Shown: positions 46,037 through 56,496 of the stretch, piece after piece
How positions within the stretch are numbered: the first letter of the stretch is position 1
Layout: each line of letters opens with the position of its first letter
From: an uncultured Candidatus Saccharibacteria bacterium
Lineage (GTDB): Bacteria > Patescibacteriota > JAQUNI01
Length of the DNA stretch: 64,000 nt
NCBI GenBank assembly: GCA_964555185.1
Contig: CAZKRD010000003.1
Location: 19,943-83,942 of the forward strand
Reading direction: 5' to 3'
Program-made: the position numbers and the translations under genes
Notes under the pieces: generated by a model
Database searches by the model: none
The model's input: only the letters and a program-made list of their open reading frames with translations
What the model was told of the DNA's origin: nothing

Positions 46037-48814
46037 ATGCCTAAAAGTAATAAGAAAACATTAGTTTTAATTGATGCCAATGCCCTGATTCACCGCGGGT
46101 TTCATGCCTTGCCTGTCACAATGGCAACGAAAAAGGGTGAGATTGTGAACGCGGTTTATGGGTTTGCTTTGGTTTTCTTGAATGTTTTGGAGCGGTTAAA
46201 GCCGGATTATATTGCGGCTTGTTTTGATTTGGCCGCGCCTACTTTTCGACATAAGGCATCAGAAGCATATAAGGCAAAGAGAGTTAGGGGAGCAGACGAA
46301 CTCTATGCCCAGATCCCGCGGGTTAAAGAGCTTTTGCGTGCTTTTAATATTCCGATTTTTGAAAAGAAAGGCTATGAGGCAGATGATTTAATCGGTACTT
46401 TAGCTAAAGAAAGCACGCGCAAGAGAAACATCAAAAGTATCATTGTGACCGGAGATTTAGACGCCCTGCAGCTTGTCAGCCCCAAGACCCGGGTCTATAC
46501 TCTGCGCAAAGGAGTGAAGGATACAGTAACTTATGATTCGAAGATGGTTCTTAAGCGCTATGGCCTTAAGCCGCTCCAGCTTCCGGATTTCAAGGGTCTA
46601 GCCGGTGATGCTTCGGATAATATTCCTGGTGTTTACAAAGTAGGAGAGAAAACAGCGGCGCGGTTATTACAAGCTTTTGGCAGTTTGGAAAAATTGTATC
46701 AGTTTTTAGCAAAACACAAAAAGGAAGACAGGGTTAAGTACAAGGACTTAGAAATTAAGGGCAAGCTCTTAGAGAATTTAAGGAAGTACAAAAAAGATGC
46801 TTTCCTCTCTAAAAAACTAGGCACGATTGTGCTTGACGTGCCCGTTAAACTTGAGCTAGGTAAGTGCTTGCTTGCTGATTTTGATCGCAATAAGGTTATA
46901 AAATTGTTCCGTGAGCTGGAGTTCCAGAGTTTGATCAATAAGTTGCCGGAAAGCAAGCAGGGTAAGAGCTCCAAATTTTCTCTCAAGGCAGCAAAGTCGG
47001 GAGATTACACATTGATTCAGACAAACGAGAAGTTGAATAATTTAATTGTTCAACTCAAGAAAGCAAAAAAAGGATTTTCTCTTGATACAGAAACAACCAA
47101 TAAAAAGCCGATGGAGGCTTCTTTGGTCGGCATCTCCCTGAGTTTGCGAAAGGGGCAGGCCTTTTACATTCCAATCCGTTATCAGGATCGCGAGATAAAA
47201 TACGATGGCAAGAGCGCCTTAGAGCTTTTAAGACCAATCTTAGAAAATCAGGATTTGCCCAAAATAGGGCATAATATTAAATATGACTATATTGTTTTAG
47301 CCCAGGCAGGAGTGAAATTGGCGGGTATTTATTTTGATACGATGCTTGCTTCTTATCTGCTGTCACCAGGATCCAGAGCGCATTCTTTGGATGCTTTAAG
47401 TTTTACCCTTTTAGGATATGAAAAGATTAAGATCGAGGAGCTCATTGGTAAGGGCAAAAAACAAATTACGATGAATTTAGTTAGTTTGCCCCAAGTTTCT
47501 CAATATGCCTGCGAAGACGCGGATATGTGTTTAAGACTTGTGCCGATTTTGCTTCAGAAGCTTCAGAATGAGAAGCTTCTGAAGCTATTCTCTGAAGTGG
47601 AGATGCCTTTAGTTCCGATCTTGGGAGAGATGGAGATGAACGGAGTGAAGATTGATAAAGGCCATTTGAAGGGCTTGGACTTTGAGGTTTCGGTTAAAAT
47701 TAGAGCTCTAGAAAAAAGAATTTACAACCAGGCAGGCCAGGAGTTTAACATTAATTCTACTTTAGAGTTAAAGGATATTCTTTTTGATAAATTAAACCTG
47801 CCAACGGTCGGGATCAAGAGGACAAAGACCGGTTATTCCACTGCCGCTTCTGAACTTGCGAAATTAAGGGAAATGCATCCGATTATTGATTTAATTTCCC
47901 AGTATCGGGAACTCTCCAAACTAAAATCAACCTATATTAGCGCCTTGCCTCGTTTGATTAACCCCAAGACCGGCAGGGTCCACACCAGTTTTAATCAGAC
48001 AGTTACAGCGACCGGCCGTCTTTCTTCTTCCAAGCCTAATTTGCAGAACATTCCAATTAGGACAAAAGTTGGCAATCAGATCCGCGGGGCTTTTGTGCCG
48101 AAGCCAGGATACAAGCTGGTCGCTATAGATTACTCCCAGATTGATTTGCGGGTGGTTGCCCACCTATCCGAGGATTCGCAGTTGATTAAGGCGTTTTTGG
48201 ATGACCAGGACATTCACGCTTCAACCGCAGCCAATATTTACGGGGTTAATCTTGAGGATGTTACCCCCAGGATGCGGAGAGTGGCCAAGACAGTGAATTT
48301 TGGTTTGATCTATGGCATGGGCGCTTTTGGTTTGGCCCAGAATTTAAAGATCAGCCGCGAGGAAGCCGAAGTGTTTATTGAGAATTACTTAGAAAAATAT
48401 CCGGCTCTGGAGGACTATGTTCAAAAGATTCTCCGTTTTGCCAAAAAACACGGATTTGTCAAGACCCTGCTTGGCCGCAAGCGCCTGCTCCCGGAGATTA
48501 ATTCTTCTCAAGCTCAAATCGTTGCTTCGGCGGAGAGAATGGCGATTAATATGCCAGCGCAAGGGATGACCGCCGACATTATGAAATTAGCAATGATTCA
48601 AGTAGATAAAAGATTAGAGAAAGATAAAGATGAATGCCGGATGCTTTTACAGGTGCATGACGACTTGCTTTTTGAGATTAAGAAAGAAAAAGTTCGTTTT
48701 TGGATCAAGAAGCTCAAAAAGATTATGGAAGGAGTTTACAAATTGCGAGTGCCTTTGAAGGTAGAAGTTTCCACAGGAAAGAACTGGGAAAAAATGAGAG
48801 AGTTCAAGGTTTGA
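46037..48814 (+). CDS. polA: DNA polymerase I
   Basis: 5'-3' exo (EADD, GDASDNIPGV), 3'-5' exo (DTET), polymerase (DYSQID, NFGLIYG, QVHDD). Confidence 0.98.
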   Translation: MPKSNKKTLVLIDANALIHRGFHALPVTMATKKGEIVNAVYGFALVFLNVLERLKPDYIAACFDLAAPTFRHKASEAYKAKRVRGADELYAQIPRVKELLRAFNIPIFEKKGYEADDLIGTLAKESTRKRNIKSIIVTGDLDALQLVSPKTRVYTLRKGVKDTVTYDSKMVLKRYGLKPLQLPDFKGLAGDASDNIPGVYKVGEKTAARLLQAFGSLEKLYQFLAKHKKEDRVKYKDLEIKGKLLENLRKYKKDAFLSKKLGTIVLDVPVKLELGKCLLADFDRNKVIKLFRELEFQSLINKLPESKQGKSSKFSLKAAKSGDYTLIQTNEKLNNLIVQLKKAKKGFSLDTETTNKKPMEASLVGISLSLRKGQAFYIPIRYQDREIKYDGKSALELLRPILENQDLPKIGHNIKYDYIVLAQAGVKLAGIYFDTMLASYLLSPGSRAHSLDALSFTLLGYEKIKIEELIGKGKKQITMNLVSLPQVSQYACEDADMCLRLVPILLQKLQNEKLLKLFSEVEMPLVPILGEMEMNGVKIDKGHLKGLDFEVSVKIRALEKRIYNQAGQEFNINSTLELKDILFDKLNLPTVGIKRTKTGYSTAASELAKLREMHPIIDLISQYRELSKLKSTYISALPRLINPKTGRVHTSFNQTVTATGRLSSSKPNLQNIPIRTKVGNQIRGAFVPKPGYKLVAIDYSQIDLRVVAHLSEDSQLIKAFLDDQDIHASTAANIYGVNLEDVTPRMRRVAKTVNFGLIYGMGAFGLAQNLKISREEAEVFIENYLEKYPALEDYVQKILRFAKKHGFVKTLLGRKRLLPEINSSQAQIVASAERMAINMPAQGMTADIMKLAMIQVDKRLEKDKDECRMLLQVHDDLLFEIKKEKVRFWIKKLKKIMEGVYKLRVPLKVEVSTGKNWEKMREFKV

Positions 48815-48881
48815 AATTTTTTTATTAAAAAACTTATGGGGCCCCCAGCTCGAAACGAAGTTTTTGCGGGGTTCACCGTTT

Positions 48882-49826
48882 ATGATACTTTTTTTATACG
48901 GCGAAGACACCTTCCGCTCACGGGAAAAGCTAAGACGGATCAGGAAGAAATTTAGAGAGTCTGATCAACAGAGTTTAAATCTTGCAGTTTTTGGGGAGGA
49001 GTTGGATTTTGCCAAGTTTAGAGAAGCGGTAAGTCAGGCTGCTTTTTTGGCGAAAGCGCGTTTGGTTATTGTGGAGAGTGTTTTTGGGAATAAGAAAGAA
49101 ACCCAACGCAGGATCGTTGAATTTTTAAAAAAAGGCAAGGTTCCAGATTCAACGATTCTTGTTTTTTGGGAAAGAGGTGTGCCGGATCAACGGAGCCTCC
49201 TGTTTAAAACTCTGGTCAATTTGACAAAAAGTGAAGAGTTTAAGGCGCTTTCTCCTTGGCAGCTTGAGAGGTGGGTCAGAGAGGAGGTCAAAAAGAGAGA
49301 AGGTGTGATTTCCTCCGAGGCGACCCGCGAGTTGATTGTGAGAACAGGGAACGACCTGGCCCGAATCAGCAATGAAATTGACAAGCTCTTGGGTTACGCG
49401 GGCCGCGGCAGTATAGGGTTAGAGGCGGTTCGAGAACTGGTGAAGGCAAAGCTTGAGACCGATATTTTTAAATTGGTTGATGCCTTGTCTCGAAAGGATC
49501 GTAACCAGGCCTTGAAATTCATTCAGGATCAGATAGCCTCTGGCGCGGAAGAGCTTTATCTTTTGGCAATGATTGTTTATGCTTTTCGGAATCTGATTTT
49601 GGTTTCTGATTTGAAAAACAAGGGTTTCAGTCAGAATGCGATTGTTCGCGAATCCGGGCTTCACCCTTTTGTCGTTAAAAAGACTTTATCTTTCTCCCCC
49701 GGGTTTCAATTGTCGGATCTAAAAAAAATCTACTTAAAACTCCTCGACTTGGATACGAAAATAAAAACCGGCGTTCTTTCCGCCGATTTCGCGCTTTCAA
49801 TGCTGGTTTTTGGCGTGACCGGTTAA
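48882..49826 (+). CDS. holA: DNA polymerase III delta subunit
   Basis: LFLYGED, NEIDKL, IFKLVDA, HPFVVKK, LDTKIKTG. Confidence 0.9.
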   Translation: MILFLYGEDTFRSREKLRRIRKKFRESDQQSLNLAVFGEELDFAKFREAVSQAAFLAKARLVIVESVFGNKKETQRRIVEFLKKGKVPDSTILVFWERGVPDQRSLLFKTLVNLTKSEEFKALSPWQLERWVREEVKKREGVISSEATRELIVRTGNDLARISNEIDKLLGYAGRGSIGLEAVRELVKAKLETDIFKLVDALSRKDRNQALKFIQDQIASGAEELYLLAMIVYAFRNLILVSDLKNKGFSQNAIVRESGLHPFVVKKTLSFSPGFQLSDLKKIYLKLLDLDTKIKTGVLSADFALSMLVFGVTG

Positions 49827-49827
49827 A

Positions 49828-50094
49828 TTATTTGATTTTGTTGTAAGCACGGGTCAGCCGCGATTTTTTGCGGTCTCTTGTGTTTTTTTTAATCACTCTT
49901 GCTTTTGCTGCCTTATCTAAGCTTTTTACTGCTTTAGCTAACATTTCTTTCGTTTTTTCCGGGCTTTTTTGGGCGGCAATAAGCTTGCGCGTATTTTTGA
50001 TAACCTTCTTCAGATTATTTTTTAATGCGCGATTCTTGATTTGACGCTTCTTTGATTTTCTTAAATATTTTTTAGCTGCAGCTTTATTGGGCAT
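49828..50094 (-). CDS. rpsT: 30S ribosomal protein S20
   Basis: MPNKAAAKK..., LDKAA..IKKN..RKKSRL. Confidence 0.95.
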   Translation of the reverse strand: MPNKAAAKKYLRKSKKRQIKNRALKNNLKKVIKNTRKLIAAQKSPEKTKEMLAKAVKSLDKAAKARVIKKNTRDRKKSRLTRAYNKIK

Positions 50095-50172
50095 TTTTGT
50101 GTATAAATTTTTAATTTTTAATTCTTAATTTTGGAAATTCTTTAGTGCTTTCATAATTTAGCACAATCCTTC

Positions 50173-52146
50173 TTATTTATCAATATCTGCTCTAATTCTA
50201 TTAATCTGGTCTCTTAACCTCGCTGCTTTTTCAAACTCCAGATTTTGGGCGGCAAGAAGCATCTGGTTTTCCAGATTTTTAATTAAAAACAGGAGCTCAG
50301 CTTGAGGAATTTTTTTAAGATCCAAGACAGGTCTTTCCCCCTTTTTGATTTGCCTAACTGGCAGGAAGTCTTTGATTCGTTTTTTGATCCCGCGGGGAGT
50401 GATTTTATGTTTTTTATTGTAGGTAAGTTGGATTTTCCGGCGGCGGGAAACTTCTTTGATTGCCCGGCGCATTGAGAGGGTTTTGCTGTCCGCGTACATA
50501 ATCACTCGGCCTTCAATGTGGCGGGCGGCTCGGCCCATGTTTTGAATCAACGCGGTTTCTGAACGCAAAAAACCTTCTTTGTCCGCGTCCAAGATTGCGA
50601 CCAAAGAGACTTCGGGCAAATCTAAACCCTCGCGCAGAAGATTGATTCCGACCACAATGTCAAAGATCCCTTGGCGGAGTTTTTTCAAGATATCCAGTCG
50701 CTCTAGAGTGTCAATTTCTGAATGGAGATAATGGACTGCGCGTCCGGCATCTTTTAGATATTGAGCGAGTTCTTCCGCCATTCTTTTAGTCAGGGTGGTG
50801 ACCAAGACCCGCTGTTTTTTCTTGATTCTTTTTTGAATTTCGTTCAAAAGATTATCAATTTGGTTTTTAGTGGGGCGGACTTCAATTTCAGGGTCAGGAA
50901 GGCCAGTCGGCCGGATCAGCTGTTGGACAACAGCCTGTGATTTCTGAAATTCATAGGGGCCGGGAGTAGCCGAAGTCAAGATTGCTTGATTAATTTTTTT
51001 TTCAAATTCAGGGAATCGCAAGGGCCGGTTATCAAGCGCTGATGGCAGACGAAAGCCAAAGTCAATCAATCTCTCTTTGCGCGAACGGTCGCCAAAATAC
51101 ATCCCGCGGATTTGAGGAATGGTCATATGCGACTCGTCAACAAAGAGCAGGAATTTTTTAGGAAAGAAATCAATTAAGGTTGAGGGCGGCTCACCGGGGA
51201 GGCGATTGTCTAAATAGCGGGAATAGTTCTCAATCCCTGTGCAGTAGCCGACTTCTTTGATCATCTCGAGGTCATAACGAGTCCGTTGCTCAATCCGTTC
51301 CTGTTCAAGGGGCTTATTTAGCTCTTTAAAATATCTGATCCGTTTTTTTAGTTCTTGATTTACTTTAGCAAAAAAGTTCTCCATGCCCAAAACAGGCGTG
51401 ATCCAATGGCGGGCCGGAAAGATCTCAATCTCTTTTAACTTCTGAAGCGGCTTGCCGCTTAGACGATCCACCCAGGAAATTTTTTCGATTAGAGAGCCAA
51501 AGAATTCAACCCGGACAATCCGGGTGTCTTCGGAAGCCGGATTGATCTCCAAAGTGTCGCCGCGGACCCGAAAAGTGCCGCGATGAAAGTCAATATCATT
51601 GCGAGAATATCGGATTCGAATTAGTTCGCGCAGGAGATCATTGCGCCGCATCTTAAGGTTGAGTTTGAGAGTTACGGCCTGGTTTTTGTATTCTTTGGGT
51701 GAACCCAAACCATAGATGCAGGAAACCGAGGCAACAATAATTACATCGGACCGGGAGAGCAGGGCCGAAGTCGCGGCGTGCCGTAACTTATCAATCTCTT
51801 CATTGATTTGAGTTTCTTTTTTAATGTAGGTGTCGGTTTGGGGGATGTAGGCTTCGGGCTGGTAGTAGTCATAATAGGAAACAAAATAATGGACTGCCGC
51901 ATCCGGGAAAAACTCTTGAAATTCCGAGGCCAATTGCGCGGCCAATGTTTTATTGTGGGAGATGACGAGCGTGGGCAGGCCAGTCTTCTCTATAATATTG
52001 GCCATGGTAAAAGTTTTGCCGCTGCCCGTGACTCCGAGCAGGGTTTGTTGTTTTAATCCTTTCTTTAAGCCGGCCGCCAGTTTCGCGATCGCCTGTGGCT
52101 GATCACCGGTTGGCCTGTAAGAAGATTTTAATTTGAATATTGACAT
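50173..52146 (-). CDS. uvrB: Excinuclease ABC subunit B
   Basis: GDQPQAI, GVTGSGKT, FVSYYDYYQPEAY, C-terminal UVR domain. Confidence 0.98.
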   Translation of the reverse strand: MSIFKLKSSYRPTGDQPQAIAKLAAGLKKGLKQQTLLGVTGSGKTFTMANIIEKTGLPTLVISHNKTLAAQLASEFQEFFPDAAVHYFVSYYDYYQPEAYIPQTDTYIKKETQINEEIDKLRHAATSALLSRSDVIIVASVSCIYGLGSPKEYKNQAVTLKLNLKMRRNDLLRELIRIRYSRNDIDFHRGTFRVRGDTLEINPASEDTRIVRVEFFGSLIEKISWVDRLSGKPLQKLKEIEIFPARHWITPVLGMENFFAKVNQELKKRIRYFKELNKPLEQERIEQRTRYDLEMIKEVGYCTGIENYSRYLDNRLPGEPPSTLIDFFPKKFLLFVDESHMTIPQIRGMYFGDRSRKERLIDFGFRLPSALDNRPLRFPEFEKKINQAILTSATPGPYEFQKSQAVVQQLIRPTGLPDPEIEVRPTKNQIDNLLNEIQKRIKKKQRVLVTTLTKRMAEELAQYLKDAGRAVHYLHSEIDTLERLDILKKLRQGIFDIVVGINLLREGLDLPEVSLVAILDADKEGFLRSETALIQNMGRAARHIEGRVIMYADSKTLSMRRAIKEVSRRRKIQLTYNKKHKITPRGIKKRIKDFLPVRQIKKGERPVLDLKKIPQAELLFLIKNLENQMLLAAQNLEFEKAARLRDQINRIRADIDK

Positions 52147-52361
52147 AGACAGGTTAGGTATAATATGCTTTAATTCTTGATATGGCCCTTTTATTCTAGC
52201 ATATAATTACTTGGGAATTTCCACAACAGCAGAGGAGGACAAGACTAAATAGACTTACTTGTTGAAGGTAGGTTTTTTTATTGCTTGAACCAGTTTTTTG
52301 GGTTAGAATTAACATAACGCCATATCCAAAATTCATTATTCAAGATTCATCATTCAAATCT

Positions 52362-52922
52362 ATGCTTTCTTATTTAAAGGGCAAAATTAAAATCAAAACA
52401 GATCAATTTATTGTTTTAGAGGTTCATGGTATTGGCTATAAGGTTTTTGTGCCCCAAAATGTGGCAGAGAATCTCAATCAAGAAGGCGAAGAACAAGAGC
52501 TTTACATTTATCAATATGTTGCAGAAGACCGACAGGAGCTTTATGGCTTTCATCGTTTTTCGGATTTAGAATTCTTTGAGCTTTTGATTTCAGTATCGGG
52601 TATCGGGCCTAAATCTGCTTTGGGTGTGATGGCAATTGCTTCCACCAAAACTCTTCGCCAGGCAATTGTTTCTGAAGATACCAGTGTTTTTACTAAGGTT
52701 TCGGGGGTGGGTCAAAAAACCGCGGAAAGAGTCATTTTGGAGCTTAAAAATAAGCTTCCGGACGTGATTGGTTACCGGGTGAGCACTGAAAGCGGCGAGG
52801 CGATTGATGCCTTGGTCGAACTCGGTTATCCGCAGAAGCAGGCGCGGGAGGTCTTGGCTAAAGCGCCTAGTAACCTCACTTTGCTTGGCGAAAAGATTAA
52901 ATGGGCTTTAAGGAATCTTTAG
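52362..52922 (+). CDS. ruvA: Holliday junction DNA-binding protein RuvA
   Basis: GIGY, ELYGF, VSGIGPKSA, GVGQKTAERVILELK. Confidence 0.96.
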   Translation: MLSYLKGKIKIKTDQFIVLEVHGIGYKVFVPQNVAENLNQEGEEQELYIYQYVAEDRQELYGFHRFSDLEFFELLISVSGIGPKSALGVMAIASTKTLRQAIVSEDTSVFTKVSGVGQKTAERVILELKNKLPDVIGYRVSTESGEAIDALVELGYPQKQAREVLAKAPSNLTLLGEKIKWALRNL

Positions 52923-52928
52923 AAATAG

Positions 52929-54002
52929 ATGAGTTTGATTCTCATAAACAGTGAAAAACGCCTGAACAATTTTATTGTTCAGTCTGGCCGAAGCAATTTC
53001 CTCCAATCTTGGGAGTGGGGTGAATTTCAAATGGGTTTAGGTAGAAAAATTTGGCGAATTGGCACAGTAAGGAAAAGAAAACTGATTGCTTCGGCATTAA
53101 TTATCAAAAAGACTCTGCCTTTGGGCAGGTGTTATTTGTATTGTCCCCGCGGCCCGGCAATGAATTTCCAATTTCCCCGCCTACGCCAAAGGCGGACGAG
53201 CGGACAGGCAATTTCCCCGCCTACGCCAAAGGCGGACGAGCAGGCAGGCAATTTCCAAAAAGTGTGGAACGCGTTCTTGTCTAAGATAAGGGAAATTGGC
53301 AGAGAGGAGAAGGCGGTTTTTTTCCGTTTTGACTTCCCGGACGCGAGACTGCCAATTAAACCTAGTGGAGATTTTGTTCGAGCGCCGATTGATGTTCAGC
53401 CTCGGCACACTTTGATTGTAAATCTCCAAAAGGATCAGAATGATCTTTTGCAGGAGATGAAACCCAAAACACGTTATAATATCCGGCTTGCCAAACGCAA
53501 GGGCGTGCGCGTAAGACAGGGTTTAAAACCTAGGGATTTAAACAAGTTTTTAGAACTAATAGAGACAACTGCGAAGAGAGATAAATTCAGGGCGCATCCC
53601 GCTGATTACTATCGCAGGATGGTTGAAGTGTTGGGCAAAGGGGGATTATTGCGAATATTTTCGGCTGATTATCAAGGCAAGACTATTGCCGCGAATTTAA
53701 TCCTCTTTTTTGGCAGATCGGCAACCTATTTGCACGGAGGGTCGGATAATCAGCATCGTAATGTGATGGCTCCCCATCTTTTGCAATGGGAGCAGATTTT
53801 AGAAGCTAAAAGGAGAGGTTGTCTTGAGTATGATTTTTGGGGAATCACAGCGCCTGCGGCGCAATTTCCAAAATGGGAAGGCATAACTCGTTTTAAAAAG
53901 GGATTTGGCGGCGAAGAGGTGGGTTATGCGGGGACCTACGATTTAGTGCTTAATCCTTTATGGTGTAGAATGTACAAAATTTTTCACAAGAAACATAGAT
54001 GA
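52929..54002 (+). CDS. FemABX/FemX family peptidoglycan peptidyltransferase (with in-frame repeat insertion)
   Basis: FLQSWEWG, YCPRGP, KTRYNIRLA, YDFWG, FKKGFGG. Confidence 0.9.
   Translation: MSLILINSEKRLNNFIVQSGRSNFLQSWEWGEFQMGLGRKIWRIGTVRKRKLIASALIIKKTLPLGRCYLYCPRGPAMNFQFPRLRQRRTSGQAISPPTPKADEQAGNFQKVWNAFLSKIREIGREEKAVFFRFDFPDARLPIKPSGDFVRAPIDVQPRHTLIVNLQKDQNDLLQEMKPKTRYNIRLAKRKGVRVRQGLKPRDLNKFLELIETTAKRDKFRAHPADYYRRMVEVLGKGGLLRIFSADYQGKTIAANLILFFGRSATYLHGGSDNQHRNVMAPHLLQWEQILEAKRRGCLEYDFWGITAPAAQFPKWEGITRFKKGFGGEEVGYAGTYDLVLNPLWCRMYKIFHKKHR
53163..53256 (+). repeat. Tandem 40-bp palindromic insertion inside the femX-like CDS
   Basis: CAATTTCC-[CCGCCTACGCCAAAGGCGGACGAGCRGRCAGG] x2-CAATTTCC. 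Confidence 0.92.
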
Positions 54003-55276
54003 AAGAACTGATTAAAAAATTTATTCCCAAATCCTGCCTGCTTTTTTATCATAAAATATTGGCCCTCCTCGCGGCCTGGCTTTATCGTTCCCCCTCACGC
54101 AAGTTGAAGGTGATTGGGGTTACTGGCACAAACGGCAAGACAACGGTTTGCCATCTGATTCGGGATGTCTTAGAGACAGCAGGCTTTAAAGTCGGCATGA
54201 CTACTTCAATTTCATTCTGTGACGGAGAAAAAATATGGGAGAACAATACCAAACAGGGGATGCCAGGCCGTTTTCGTTTACGCAAGCTTTTGCGCGAGAT
54301 GCTTCGGAATAAATGTGATTATGCGATTATTGAAACCACTTCTGAAGGGATCAAACAATTTCGGCATTACAAGATTGATTATAATCTGGCTGTGTTTACT
54401 AATCTCACTCGCGACCACATTGAAGCGCATGGCTCTTTTTTAAAGTATCGCATGGCAAAGGAGAAGTTATTTGAAGTGGTGAGCAAGAGAGAGGATGGGA
54501 TTGCAGTGGTTAATCTTGATGATCAAAATGCGAAATATTTTTTGCAACCCAAGGCCTTCCGTGTTTATGGATACACCTTGAGAAGAGCTAAGGCCCGAAC
54601 TCCTTTGACTTTGCTCTCTGCTGATTTAGTTAAATTGCACGCGGAAGGTTCAATCTTTTCAATTCAGGGCGTGAATTATTCCTTGGCTGTGCCGGGTCAG
54701 TATAATATCTCTAATGCCTTAGCCGCGTTTTGTGTCGGTTTATCTCAAGGGATTGTCCGGGAAAAGTTAGGACAAGCTTTAACTAATTATTCGGGCATTC
54801 CTGGCCGCATGGAAGAGATTAAGAATAAAAAAGGGATCCGGATTTTCGTGGACTATGCTCATACAGAGGACGCATTGGAGAATGTATACCAAACCTTGCA
54901 GAGGATCCCCCATCAAAAAATGATTGCTGTTTTGGGCGCAACCGGCGGCGGCCGGGATAAAAAAAAGCGGCCGATTTTAGGCCGGTTGGCGGCAGAGTAT
55001 GCTGACTTGGTGATTATTACTAATGAGGATCCTTACGAGGAGGATCCAGAGAAGATTATTGCGGCAGTTTTCGCTGGAGTTTTAGCAGGCGGAAAGCAGG
55101 AGAATAAAAATTGTTGGCGCGTTTCAGCCCGGGCGGAGGCAATCAGACTGGCGGTTAAAAAAGCCGGATCAGGAGATGTTGTTATTATCACGGGCAAGGG
55201 ATCTGAAAAAGTAATGGCGGTTCGCGATGGACTTGTTCCTTGGGATGATCGGGAGGAAGTGAAGAGAAACTTGTAG
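53999..55276 (+). CDS. murE: UDP-MurNAc-tripeptide synthetase MurE
   Basis: GVTGTNGKTT, TNLTRDH, PGRME, VDYAHT, GGRDKKKR. Confidence 0.93.
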   Translation: MKELIKKFIPKSCLLFYHKILALLAAWLYRSPSRKLKVIGVTGTNGKTTVCHLIRDVLETAGFKVGMTTSISFCDGEKIWENNTKQGMPGRFRLRKLLREMLRNKCDYAIIETTSEGIKQFRHYKIDYNLAVFTNLTRDHIEAHGSFLKYRMAKEKLFEVVSKREDGIAVVNLDDQNAKYFLQPKAFRVYGYTLRRAKARTPLTLLSADLVKLHAEGSIFSIQGVNYSLAVPGQYNISNALAAFCVGLSQGIVREKLGQALTNYSGIPGRMEEIKNKKGIRIFVDYAHTEDALENVYQTLQRIPHQKMIAVLGATGGGRDKKKRPILGRLAAEYADLVIITNEDPYEEDPEKIIAAVFAGVLAGGKQENKNCWRVSARAEAIRLAVKKAGSGDVVIITGKGSEKVMAVRDGLVPWDDREEVKRNL

Positions 55277-55277
55277 A

Positions 55278-55485
55278 AATTTCCAATTCCCAATTATCAA
55301 TTTCCAGATAATTTCCAATGACCAATTTCTGAATATTTTTATTCGCCTCCGCAGCCACTAAGGGTGAACCTCGCTATAGGCGGGAAAACCATGGGCGCAC
55401 GTCCATGGAGCTTCATTTGGATTTTAGTTTGGAAATTGAGCATTGAGCATTGATTGGAAATTGGAAATTGCAGAATTGGAAATTC
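55278..55485. repeat. Inverted heptamer-repeat arrays flanking a ~75-bp structured insert
   Basis: AATTTCC/AATTCCC/AATTATC array on the left, GGAAATT/GAGCATT array on the right. Confidence 0.75.
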
Positions 55486-55490
55486 AGGCA

Positions 55491-55922
55491 CTAAGGCAGC
55501 ACCCAATACAATAAAACTGTAAGCGCTCCTCCCAAGACAGCGCCCAAGACAACCTCCAGGGGTGTATGGCCAATATGTTCCTTTTGGTCGGCAAGGCCGT
55601 TTTTGAGGCCGTTGGGCAGTTGTTTGGTCAATTGGTTGATCGCTTTGGCATGGTTGTCCAAAGATTTTCTGATTCCCAGGGCATCGCGGAGGATTAAGAT
55701 TGTAAAGACCATAGCGATACCAAAGGCTACAGTGAAAATCCCTTCGTAAAGCCCGACCAAGATGAGCACAGACAAGGAGAAGGCGGTATGGGTGCTGGGG
55801 ATGCCGCCATAATCAAAGAGGAGGCTGAAGCTTCCTTTCTTGCCTTTGGCAATTTTAATCGCGAATTTGAGAATTTGGACAAGAAGGCCTACAGTCAAGG
55901 GGATAATAACGATTTTATACAT
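55491..55922 (-). CDS. DUF212 divergent PAP2 family protein
   Basis: GGIPSTH, RDALGIR, GHTPLEV..G. Confidence 0.9.
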   Translation of the reverse strand: MYKIVIIPLTVGLLVQILKFAIKIAKGKKGSFSLLFDYGGIPSTHTAFSLSVLILVGLYEGIFTVAFGIAMVFTILILRDALGIRKSLDNHAKAINQLTKQLPNGLKNGLADQKEHIGHTPLEVVLGAVLGGALTVLLYWVLP

Positions 55923-55976
55923 AATTGAGTTTATTTGTTATCTATATTATAGTAGATAAACAATAAGTTAGCAATT

Positions 55977-56405
55977 ATGTTTTTATTGATTGATACTTCT
56001 CAAAGAGAACAGATCAGGATTGCGCTTGTTAGACAGGGGCAGGAAATTTTAGACGAGCAGGTTCTGAAAATAAAGCAGGCTCATTCGGAAAAATTACTGC
56101 CTTTAATCGAAAAGATATTAGTCAGAAATAAATTAGCGCTCAAAAGACTTAAAGGCCTTTACGTGGCCAGGGGCCCAGGCTCTTTTACCGGCGTGCGCGT
56201 GGGCGTGGCCACTGCTAATGCCCTAGCTTATGCTTTGAATATTCCAGTCAAAGGAGTGAAATGCAAAGAGGGGACAGATTTTGTAAAGCTGGCCTTTCAG
56301 GGACCCAGAGGAGATAAATTTTTAGGAAGCACAATTCCTTATTACAGCGAAGCAGGAACTCCCAACACGAAAGCCGGCAACGGTATAAGTTGGAGCATCC
56401 CCTAA
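55977..56405 (+). CDS. tsaB: t6A biosynthesis protein TsaB (short form)
   Basis: IDTS, HSEKLLP, GPGSFTGVRVG. Confidence 0.92.
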   Translation: MFLLIDTSQREQIRIALVRQGQEILDEQVLKIKQAHSEKLLPLIEKILVRNKLALKRLKGLYVARGPGSFTGVRVGVATANALAYALNIPVKGVKCKEGTDFVKLAFQGPRGDKFLGSTIPYYSEAGTPNTKAGNGISWSIP

Positions 56406-56468
56406 CTTTAGTTATAGTCATGGGGACTTGAACAACCACTGAAAAAGATGAGATACATAGGTAACACC

Positions 56469-56496
56469 TTGACAGTAATTCTAGCTATGTTACACT
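56469..56496 (+). promoter_or_regulatory. Putative rpoB promoter
   Basis: TTGACA-16-TACACT with TGn. Confidence 0.5.
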
